Assembly: GCA_040954595.2 (NCBI GenBank)
Contig: CM082598.2
Location: 3,479,154-3,543,153 of the forward strand
Length of the DNA stretch: 64,000 nucleotides
Direction: 5' to 3'
Source of the DNA: Balanoglossus misakiensis
Lineage: Eukaryota > Animalia > Hemichordata
Positions within the stretch are counted from its first letter, which is position 1; each line of letters opens with the position of its first letter. Below, piece by piece: positions 40,934-59,300 of this stretch. The position numbers were made by a program, and so were the translations under genes. The notes beneath the pieces were generated by a model. The model saw nothing but the letters and a program-made list of their open reading frames with translations, did no database searches and was not told where the DNA came from.

Positions 40934-43900
40934 ATGCAGCCCCCTCCAGTGATGATACAGGCTGTCCCTGTACAAACACAACAACAACAACAACAACAAC
41001 AGCCCTCACTGAGCCGGGAGGAATTAGTTCGGCAGAAATATGTGGCCAATGTAGCTAAAGGTTTCGGGATCACCATTACTCTGTTGGGGGGACTGGTGAT
41101 CGTATTTGGCGTGGCTTCAATTGTAATGGAGTGTGCGTTATCTCCAGGAGGTACTCCAATTTGGTGTGGAGTTCTGGTGAGTATTTCATGATAAAAGAAC
41201 GGTACATTTATACAGTACAGCTTAGAAAGAACTTTCGGATCTTTTGAACTGAAGTGCCAGGCAAGTGCACCTTGGACTCTACCATTCTATGGTGGCCTAG
41301 GTTAGATCTTTGGTTAGCTCGTTAGGCTTATGACTGTATTTAAAATAAAGTCATTTGAAATGAAGTCATAATCACCCTAATGCTAACCACTGTCACCAGA
41401 GAATGGTAGCGTCGTAGGTGAGCTCCAAGCCTTAAATATGTGAGTTTTATTAACCTATATGAACACAATGCTTGTCTTTCAGTTTGTTGTCACAGGAAGC
41501 ATTTTATTGATGTCATCATACAAAGCTACTCAAGGATGGGTAAGTGGACAATAAAATTATCTGTGCAAGGCCCTTGAATGAGTATAGTAATAATAAATAT
41601 ATATCTGAAAAAAAACGTATTCTTCGCTATCAAATGACGTCAGACGCGCTCAGGTGGCAGTTGCGTTCGCATTCAAATTTCCAGATGACGGGCAACTTCA
41701 GCAACGTGGACTTACGTGGTGCAGACAAAGACTGTGCAGACGAAATGCAATGAGGCTGATGAGGCAACATACCCGATACATGTTGCGTGTTTGGCGGTTC
41801 TAAAGTAAAAACATACTCGGGAAAACTTTTACTGGATGCCGAAATATTGCTTGCCCGTCATCTGGAAATGACTGCGCCATGTGACACATTGCCAGATCAC
41901 GTGATTGATAGTAAAGAATTGCCATTAGACTTCAGTGTAAGGCCCTTGAATGAGGATATTATTAACTAATATATATCGGAAGAAATTGATCAACATAAGA
42001 CCCCGTCAAAGGCACAGATTCTGATCAAAACTGGAAAGCAGCTATTGTCATTCATCATGCTATTTTCTTTTCATATTACAGATAGTTGCTGCAATGGTTC
42101 TCTCTATAGTGACAGCTTGTTTTGCCGCACTTGTCTTGATGATAATTGAAATTATAGCTTGTGTCGTGGAAGCAGATCATTACTATGCATATGAAGATTA
42201 TTACAATGATTGCTATGATCCATACACATACACTTATGATCCAAACTGCAGTAGTATCATTGTAAGTAAATTACTGTTCCATTGTTGATGAAAACTAAAT
42301 GCATTGAACAGGCAGAGAGGCAATATTTTCTACACAATTCTACTGTAGTATTAGTGACTTAACTGTCAAAGCATACAGAAATGTCATTTGAAAGACCTCA
42401 AATGTACATGTACCATATCTAGCAAAACATTTCCTGGAACATACATGTAAAGTATAATGAAATTATCATGTGTAGTGTGATTGACAAACTTTTTTGTTAA
42501 TAGTCAGAAATGCACACATTCAAAATGGCGTCATTTGTCAATGAAGGATGCGGAGAAGATTGAAGTATGTTTCAATTAGAAATATACTGGCAGCTGTTGG
42601 GGCTTCAATTAATGTGAATTGTGTTTTTGGATTTCTGGGTTTGTAATTTACAATGATTCTTCTACTGTTTCAGAGTAAGCGGCGAGCCATTGACGGTGTT
42701 TTGATAGGCCTGTCCTTTGTTATAGCACTCCTTGCCGTTATCTTTGCTCCTTTCACATGTCGTGCAGTTTGCTGTATAATGCCAAGCCAAGGACCAATGG
42801 TGAGTTACTCCACTTCCTTTTAACCCTTTCACTCCCAGTTCCGTCTTTAGAGGTCTAACCTTACCACAACAAACAATGGGTTTGGAGTGAACCATGGTGG
42901 TGAAAGGGCTAAAGGCCCACTATTATCCGTAACCTTGTTATGACCTTCTGTTAGTGTCCTCTCTCGCATGGAGGAAATGAAATGGCTTTATTGAGTCACT
43001 TTGGATTGAAAGTGTTGAAATGGTTTACTAACAGACCCATCTCTGCTCTGTTACTTACAGATGTATTATGTTGCCAGTGGACCAGGAGGAGCACCTCAAC
43101 AGGTTGTCATGCTACCGCCCGGAAGTCAAGTATCCCAGGGTTTTGGTAAGCAAGAAAAACCCATTTTTTGTCCCAACTTAAGGTAGATTTGCTCCTTAGG
43201 GCAGATGTTCAAACAAACGATAGTCTCCCAACCTTTTATTTCTTTGCTGATGAAAGTGTGTGTGGTTTCTTTTTGAAAAGGAAGAACACAATGAGGTGTT
43301 CATTGTCTATGGGTGGCCATTTTGGATTACCAATGTGAGATAGTTTTGCTCTCTCGTTCATGCGTCCGGTGTATGTCAACTGTGTCGTGATACTTTGTCT
43401 TTGATTTCTACTGCACAGTTCCCAGTGGAGCACCAGGACAGCCCGTTCCTGTACAACAACTAGCCCAGCCAGTTCGTGGACCACTAGTGCAGCCAGTGCC
43501 CGGACAACCACTGCAGCCAATGTCCGGACAACCAATGCAGCCAATGTCCGGACAACCAGGGCAGCCAATGCAATACTATCCACCTCCACAACCTGGGTAT
43601 GGTGGTCAAGCAGAAGCTTTGCCGTCTAAACCACCACCACCAGCAGTGCCATCCCAACAACAACAACAGCAGCAGCAGTCTCACTACCCCCGTCAAATAC
43701 AAGTCGCTGCCCTACCACACCCCGGAGCTGCTGCACCACCTCTGCAAGCTGCCACACAACGGGAGGCTCCTTCCCAGCCGCAGCCACAAGCTGCAGCACC
43801 AGAACCGATGCCGGAACCAGACGATGAGCACTACACAACTCCCAGCCCGCCTCCGAGTTACTACCAAAGTCTTGACCATAGCCAAGAAGCCTCGGGAGAC

Positions 43901-43939
43901 AGCGAGCAGGGTGAACACATGAGAGCTCATCTTCTGTAA
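40934..43939 (+). CDS. MS4A/CD20-like four-transmembrane protein, paralog D (~403 aa) with long P/Q-rich tail
   Basis: Exons 40934-41176 (GTPIWCGVL), 41483-41539 (57 bp), 42082-42261, 42674-42799, 43061-43145, 43419-43939; 1212 nt in frame. Tail has 24-bp repeats (QPMSGQPM) and PSPPPSYY. Probable UTR-exon donor at 40357. Confidence 0.9.
42820..42912 (+). mobile_element. piggyBac-like MITE, copy 4
   Basis: TTAACCCTTTCACTCCCA...TGGTGGTGAAAGGGCTAA in intron 4 of paralog D. Confidence 0.8.
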
Positions 43940-43956
43940 AAAAAAAAAAGCGGCAA

Positions 43957-44142
43957 ATCTCCTCTGTTGCATAGACATTCTGTAGAATTCTATAGCATTG
44001 TATAGATTTTGATGCTGCTATAGAATTCAATAGAAAAAGGTTAAATACTGTAATTTCATCTCCCTTGTTGAATAGACATTCTGTAGAATTCTATAGCATT
44101 CTATAGATTTAGATGCTGCTATAGAATTCAATAGAAAAAAGG
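43957..44142 (+). repeat. Direct duplication of ~85 bp (period ~101) rich in TATAGAATT-like subunits, in the 3' UTR of paralog D
   Basis: ATAGACATTCTGTAGAATTCTATAGCATT.TATAGATTT.GATGCTGCTATAGAATTCAATAGAAAAA occurs at ~43971 and ~44072. Confidence 0.85.
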
Positions 44143-45525
44143 TCCAAAACTATTTTCAAATATTTCGTATTTTTTGTTTAGTATTCATTATAATTGCACT
44201 TTAACAGGTGGAGGTCCTAACAATTTAGTCAGTGTATGTGTATATTTTGTTATATTTATGTAAATAGTGTGTATTGTGTTTTTGTGATTTAATGTAGAAT
44301 TGTATATATATGTATGAAATATTCATTGTAACAGACATTTACAATGGGTAAATCGTATATATCTGAAAGATAATAATTAAGTTACATGTACCTAAATAAT
44401 TTCCAAAACTAAACTAACATGATATCAGCAAGAGATAATGAAGGAATACATGTAAGTGATACACGATTGGGGATGGGGGTGGAGGTGTAGAAGCCACCTT
44501 GCCAATCCGTCTGACACAATGGCTACTAAAGTGTAATGGGTAAACGGGTGAAATTAAGATAAAACTGTGACAAACTCTAATGGAAAATGATGCAACAGCA
44601 TCGTAACTCAGAGAAATGTATCTTGTTTTTAAAATAAGATATGCAGGTGTAACAGAGGCTGAACTTTACATCATGGTGTTCTGGTGTACATTAATTTTAA
44701 CCACGGAAAGGTTACCACTTCACTTGGTAATATCTCTTTGTTTCAATTAGATCAAAAGGAAACAACACTTGAAATGGATTGCGAGTCATTACTGCTTATT
44801 TAATAGTAATTTAAAATGACAATTGATTTAGTAATTAAGCTTGTTATGATATCCATACATATAAAATACCTATGAAATCATAGAAGGTTCTAGACTTTGA
44901 AACCATTACATGGAAAACTTGAAATTTTCTCCTGGAAAATCATTAATGATGTGAAAAACAACTGGAAAATCATGGAGAAAAACATGAATTGTGTATGACT
45001 TTTGAGTGAATTAATCATGGAACAGTTAATGTCTGTTTTGTAACTGTAGTTTTTGATATTGAATTATAAAGTAAATTTTTCATCTGAACCAAATCCATTG
45101 TATGATGTCTGTGTTTTTTTTCTGGAGTGGAGTTATTGACATTGGGTCAAGTTGTAAATGTAACTAAGAAGAATTACCATAAGACGGTGAAGCATATTTT
45201 TTTTGGTTAGGGGTCAATTCCTTATCAAATATCAGAACCTGGGAATGATGATGTAATAGGGATGTTTTACTTATTTTATTGTATTTAGATTAGTTAGGAG
45301 CAGGTGTACTTTGAGATTGTTGCTAATCTTTAGTGTTTGATCAAAGGTTTCTGCGGTGATCTTAGGAATGATTAACACTTCAAGGACTTATTACATTGAT
45401 CAAATGACTTATGTCAGTGATCGACAACCAATGAGAAACACTCAGAAACCTGCAGGTAGACGGGTGACTTACAGGTCTGTGTCGCAGTCTAGTGTATGCA
45501 GCAGTCAAGTCACTAGGTTGCAGAT

Positions 45526-52898
<7,373 letters not shown>

Positions 52899-53852
52899 AC
52901 CTACCGGGTTGACGTTAGTCAGGTATGGGGGTCACACAGGCAAAATAAACTTTGTGTGTGTGGACGCAAGCGACTCAAAGGATTAATGCTCTGTGTTTAC
53001 CATAGGCAAATAGTGTCTCAATTTTTTCCCTGTCTGAACCTGGTAAGACTGTCTGTATTGAAAATGATACATTATGCCAACGATTCACACCTCTAGACGT
53101 ACTGAAATAGTTTTTCCTGTCAAAAAAATAAAATTCAAACACGTGAGATGGCATTTGAGAAACTAGTTTGTTTTGTTGATAATGATTTGCTGTATGCGCC
53201 ATCGCCTCTGACGAACATCTGGTAATGGGTCTGTTATCTACGTGGTCAATGGTTTTCTTGCGTAGCCACGCTATTCAAATTCTGGTGGGAGTGGCTTGTT
53301 GACATTACTGATTATTTTGGTACCAGCTGCTGAGAATTACATTTGCTGTGTCCCAAATGATTTTAACGTTGATTATTTATAACCCTGTATAATTCTGGCT
53401 ACCTTACATATAGTTCGTGATATCGGGTCAAATCAATATTTCTCTCGTATAGCTGATGCGTGCATGCTCGTTCAAGTCACCTACTTATGCGTATCATCAC
53501 TTTTTGTATGGTTGTGTTGTTTGAAGGACACCCATGGCGATACTAGTACAGTGAGGCATGTTTTATCTTACAATTCTAACTAACATAAGCTTTGCGTTAA
53601 CGTTAACTTTATACTCTATAACCACCACCCCCCCCCCCCCTTCTCCTTGAATAGAATTCACTGCAAGGCGAAGAAAACTTTTGATAATTATAAAAGTTAA
53701 GGAACAATCGACTACCAGTATATCCGCTGTGGAATCCATTTTATTCATACATATATGACGTCAGGATATAATCAAGTGTTAAAATTACATTGGCATAAAT
53801 GATTAAGCTATGTTGCGCGGATAGTTGCTATGACTACGGTGACAGATCATTT

Positions 53853-54059
53853 TCATGGAAGCGGGGGAGCTTTACACATGTAGGGCGCTGTTTTCGAACA
53901 CTCCCAATCGTTCCAACTGCCACCTGGAAAAAAAAAAACATGTCAGATATCTGACTTAACTGTAGTTTTGGATGTTTAAGTACATGTCGTGACCAGAAAA
54001 AAATGCGATGTTTTAGTGGAGGGAGGGAGGGAGGGAGGGAGGGAGGGAGGGAGGGAGGG

Positions 54060-54138
<79 letters not shown>

Positions 54139-55078
54139 TAGATAGATAGATAAGTGTTTGCCAATAAATTTACCTGTGTTATACCACATTGCAACACAGT
54201 CTTCGTTATTGTAATTGTCGGGTTGATCGGGACCCCAATGTTGAAAAGTTAGTGGGGAGCCATCAGTCCAGTAAAACGACGCTTCCTGGAAGAAAATGGT
54301 TGACAATAGTAAGAAGGCTATGGTGTACATTATCGGTGGTATGGTGTGAACCTGCCACACCAGCCTTGCTCCTCCCTGAAGTTGTACAGTCTGTTGTAGC
54401 GAGATACATGCAGATCGAGAAGGAAAATAAAAAGCCACCTGTGGTCTAGACGGTATGAATGCTTTACTGATAATAAAAATGTATCACCCTAATCAAAACA
54501 CATCTCAATTTCTTTCCTGGTGTCAACTCATCTTCATTAGACTAGTCTTGTAAATTGTACTGTTTCTCATCAACTGAGACTGACAATGTTTACAATCACA
54601 TTTTTTTCAGCATTTCGTATGTGCAGCTCAATCGATGGGTTTTTATTGTATTTATCAGTATTGATATTGTGCAGACTCCAACCTTCGCAATATCATCCAG
54701 GCCGATCCAAGTGTCTGTCGTAATACGGAACCTGACGTATTCATTTTCCGCTGTTGTATGAATGGAAACCAAATTGCCGCCAGGGGCATTAGTTCTACAG
54801 CTTGCGTCGGCATCTCCATAGTTGAAAAGATCGCTGAACAGTCTGTAGCAATTGCCTTCGAATTCACCGTAGCCAGCCGGACATGCTGTCAGTACTGAAT
54901 ATAGACACAGAAAAACTACCGATTAATCCGATGAAACGACTGAACTAAACAAATCTTTTCGTGACATATTCGTTGTATAGATCAGACAGCCTGTAAAAAT
55001 GTGTCAAAATTAAAACTTACCACGCCCTGGTGCAACACACACTACGAGAAATGCTAGTCCGAGAGTTTTCCAACTCAT
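53853..55078 (-). CDS. Secreted single-domain C-type lectin, QPD/WND (galactose-type), ~150 aa
   Basis: Exons 55078-55021 (signal MSWKTLGLAFLVVCVAPG), 54894-54683 (CPAGY..FEGNCY..C..GGNLVSIHT..EN..WIGLDD), 54285-54174 (FYWTDGS..WGPDQPDNYNNEDCV), 53923-53853 (WNDWEC..YMCK); 453 nt in frame. Minus-strand AATAAA at ~53744; UTR-exon donor near 55382. Confidence 0.93.
54018..54152. repeat. Compound microsatellite (GGGA)n(GACA)n(GATA)n
   Basis: Directly visible in the last intron of the lectin gene. Confidence 0.97.
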
Positions 55079-55899
55079 CTTCTGTCGATTGGGAATAAAG
55101 AGAGGATATGGTTGAACGAATAACAAAATAGTAGCTAGTAGCAATCGGATCCTCTACATTAACAGAATTGGCGAAGCATGCAATAATTGTTAATGTGTAT
55201 AGCCTACTGCAACATTAACTGATAGTATCACATGGCTAAATATGACATAGTAAAGAAAATCGCAATTACATACTGGAAATCATGCAGTAATTTCAAATTA
55301 TCTAACTAATACATATTTTCATATTTTATTTTGGTACACAACATGCACCATTAAGGCAAGCCATTCTACAAAAACTACTCACCTATGTAATTGCCTGAAG
55401 AAATGTCAAGATTCTTACGCGTGGATGTTTTTTATACTTTGATCGTGAGAATGAACACCAGCGCCGTTCGAATTATTTTATCGAGACGCTGATATAGGCC
55501 CTATATCATAAAGTACGAGACAATTATAATCTGTTGGATGGCTATACGTTAAGCGATTAAATTGGCTAAGGTATTTCAACTGTCAGACATTGCGATATTT
55601 TTCGCAATATTAACGTCAAAATTGTTTATCTGACTGATAAGCCGTGTGAAACACCCAAGTGTTGATGTAACAAATTACCCGTGACACAAATCTAACATTT
55701 TCGGTCTGATAAAGGGAGTCACGACTGACATGACATTTCAAGATATAAATATAGTTGCCACTTCTGGCATACTTTTAATAGATAAACTACTTGAATCTTC
55801 TTATCCACAGCAGACGATGATTGTACCCCTGTTTTTTTTTGGTGTAGCGGCATCAGTTCTCCTATAGACCTATGCGGTACTTTCAGCTGTTCATACTCG

Positions 55900-56300
55900 G
55901 GTAAGCACGTACATGTATGATGTACACGCGTACGCGCTCGTGTTTGGATTCATCACGGTCACAGTGACCCGTGGATTGCGCTGCCCTACTGGAGGAAACA
56001 AATTACCCGCCACCGTACGCGTTTAGTCAAGATGGCGTCCCGGCGACAGAGCAAGGGGAAAACTCGTGGAAATGTGGACTTGGTGCCCGGTTACCATGGT
56101 GAAGATAGGGCTTCTGGAGGTAATTGAGCAGGTTTTAAGTGAGGCCTAGAAGGATAGCGTAAACATGTGAATCTGTGCGTGCGCTCGCGCGTGCGTACAG
56201 GGGCGCGCTGGGTTAGAGACCGCGCCTGCGTCCCGAACGCGTATCGCGACCTCTACGGTCAAGCTGCATCGCGCAATCGCCCGGTCGTTTTCCGGCCAAT
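55900..56300 (+). promoter_or_regulatory. CpG-rich promoter and first exon region of the zinc-finger gene
   Basis: Dense CGCG/GCGC words in an otherwise AT-rich window; CAAGATGGCG (YY1 consensus) overlaps the ATG at 56032. Confidence 0.6.
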
Positions 56301-59300
56301 TTTGTTTTAAAAGGAAACCCCACTATATATTTTTTCAAACTCGAAGACATTGTGGTGATCGGGAGACCCCTTCCCCCAAGCTGGAATCATCGTGTCATAG
56401 TTTTAGCAGTCATTCTTATCTTCACGATCGCGGCGACGTGGGTTGTGTAAACAAAAATACAATGCACAACACGAGTTTTCTCCCAATCCTGAAAATGTCT
56501 CCGAGTTTGAAAAGTGGGCCTTGCTGTTTAAAAATAATTCAACACACACTGCCGTTAACATCAACCACAACTCGAAACCAATATACTTGTGTCTGATAGA
56601 AAGGCCCCACTGTTTGTGGGTGCTTTTATAATCATTAGTATGTAGTGTGAAATGTACATAACATGTACGTTTCACACTACAGACAGTACAATACTAAATG
56701 CATGTACAGTACAGTCAGATCAATAATCGAAACACGCCACATAGTCAACACCAACACATGAATGCAACAAACCGATATAGATCATACTCTTTGTAAAGCA
56801 TAATATTAAAATATAACCTCATTCGAGTAAGAACATGACATGCTTAATATGTACACTGCATTGTCAGGTAAACACTCAACCATGGTTGTACATTGTATTG
56901 TTAATATGACCATGGAGATATATAGTAATTGATTTATAGTTAAATACCTCCATGATATGGCCTGTGGTTTTAATGAGAATGTACCACAATTTCATTTCTG
57001 TGAAAGTGCTGCTTATGTTCACTAAAACATGCCTGCAACCAGACTAACCAAACAAGAACCAAACTAAAATTTTGGCTATTTTGCATTATCTACTCAACTA
57101 CAGTTTCTTGTTCTACTCTGGATAGCTTTATCATTCATGAAATGTTCACTTTAAGCCTCTCAACAACAAAACCTTACGGCCATTGTTATCCTTGACAAAC
57201 GAATTAAAATCCAAACTTGAATTCAAAGTTCAACAATAACAATGCTGATTACTAGCCAAGGGCTGGTTGTACAGTTTTGTGAAGAAACAGATGCCGTGAT
57301 GGATGCAGGATATTTATTTGATGTGGAATGAAAATGGAAATAAAGCAAGTATGGGTGACTGGGAGACATCAATGGCTGGAGTTCTGTACATGTTTGCGTC
57401 CAAAAGTACACATACACTGAAGATCCCTCGGGCCCCCCTCTGAAGATTGTTATAATGGATAATGGATACTGATAGGAGTTGTATCCTCCTGGAACCGCCT
57501 GGAAAGTCCTGGAATTTAATATTAACAACACTCCTTGGAAGTCTGATGGAAATCTTGGTGGGATTCCGGGAGGAAATTTACACACTGGAAAACCCAGATG
57601 AAAATCATGATTGACATTGTAATTGCTCCTCATTTGCATATGCAGAATTCCTGAGTAAATGGACTTTGATCGCACTTCTGTATTATTAGTTAACACTACC
57701 AGTTTGAAAGATGTACACTGTAGGAAAGATGGTGTGAACACATTCCTGTTGCTGATTCGGACTTAAAGTCTCCACTGGTCCATAAGCTAGTCAGTATGCA
57801 GTGCCTTTTCTCTGATTCCTGAGTCCTGATCTAGCAAAAATTACACGTGTGAAAATAAGAGAAGCAAATTCCTGATTACATTATGTGGACGTGCAGTCAT
57901 CCAGGTATTTCAGGGGCACATGGATTTCGCTTATTCAGATGCAGCAATGGTGGCGTTGTAGACAAAAAAATGGAATCGTACCACTGCCACCGGTGGCATG
58001 GCCAACCAGGTGAAGATCGAAACAACTGAACTGAACGACGTACTACAGGAGAGGAAGCCATAGAACCCCCTTCACCACCACCACCACCACCACCAACAAT
58101 TGCTGCTACAGGTCATCTTTTACTGTAGATATCAGCATTTGGTTACTACAGTACATGTACAACATCTACATGTACATAAGCTACTGTACAAAATCAGGGT
58201 TATCAACGGTAACCACATGTTCAACTAGATGGACAGGTTTTAACCCTTTCACCCCCAGCTCCCTGTATACAGAGGTCCAACTCTACCATAGATAACAATG
58301 GATTTGGACCATACCATGGTGGTGAAATGGGTCAATGCTGTGATATGCCATGTGGATGCAGTAATAATCGTACTACATGCAGTGGCGTCTATTCCATGAT
58401 TGTACAAGGAGGCAGTTCCAGGTGGAGGAATTTGGTTTTCAGCGAGAAATGTTGGATCTGGTGCTGTACACTTGTATATTGTGTCTGTTCATACACAACC
58501 AGGGAAGCACAAGTATAGATCTGCAACAATGTACAAGCTCTGATGCCTGGTATACTTGTATTTGAAAGACAACCCTTGTCAAAGGTACTGCTGCAGACAC
58601 AGGCCTGGAAAGCAAGTATAGCCAAACTGTCTATACAACCTACCTTTGTAAATATTTTGCTGTATCCCTCTAGAGTCTACATGTAAGCAAGTGTTGTAAG
58701 TAAGGAACATTTCAACAAATAAAATTCTTTTGAAATTAGAATCCACATTTTATTCATGCATTATACATTATATAACTTATATTTTTCAGCTACTTCAATG
58801 AATCATGTGTCTGCACTGTTTGATAGAAATGTACCTGGGCGAAAATGGATTGGTGACAGTGATGCATAGACTTTCTCATGTCATTGTAAGGATGACATAC
58901 ATAGCTGTCCTATTTTTGCCTCTGGCAGACAGGTGGAGTATGTGTAATACATTTCCAACTGCTGTCGGTGTTGTTAATGACTTGCGTATATGTTTCATTT
59001 TATTGCATTTTTGTTTTCTCATCACACTTCAGGTCATCAAGCAGCCATTAGGCAAGAGGCTTCATGGCCCGGTCTCGGTCCAGCCAGGCATCAGGGTACG
59101 GGTGGTGGTTTTGACGGCCGTGGTCAACAAGGGCAAACTCTGCAGACCCATTTTGATTCTTCCGTAGGCGCAGGCGCTCAAGTGGGGTTGAGTCAGATGC
59201 CAAATGTTTCTGACCCGCGGAGTGCTTTCTTGCAATATCCAGCACTCGGGCACGAAAAGCAGCAGTTGTACCCGAATCCGTCGTTTCAACCGCAGCAGCA

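Noticed and set aside
53976-54438. 141-aa and 73-aa minus ORFs as standalone genes
   Set aside because: Only 54285-54174 is a lectin exon; the rest is intron and microsatellite read-through.
57223-57741. 172-aa minus-strand ORF as a nested gene
   Set aside because: No recognisable domain and a non-ATG start; the opposite strand carries the helicase-like motifs.
58990-59032. Start of the 912-aa ORF at 58990
   Set aside because: It lies in the polypyrimidine tract; the exon begins at acceptor 59033 in phase with exon 56032-56119.
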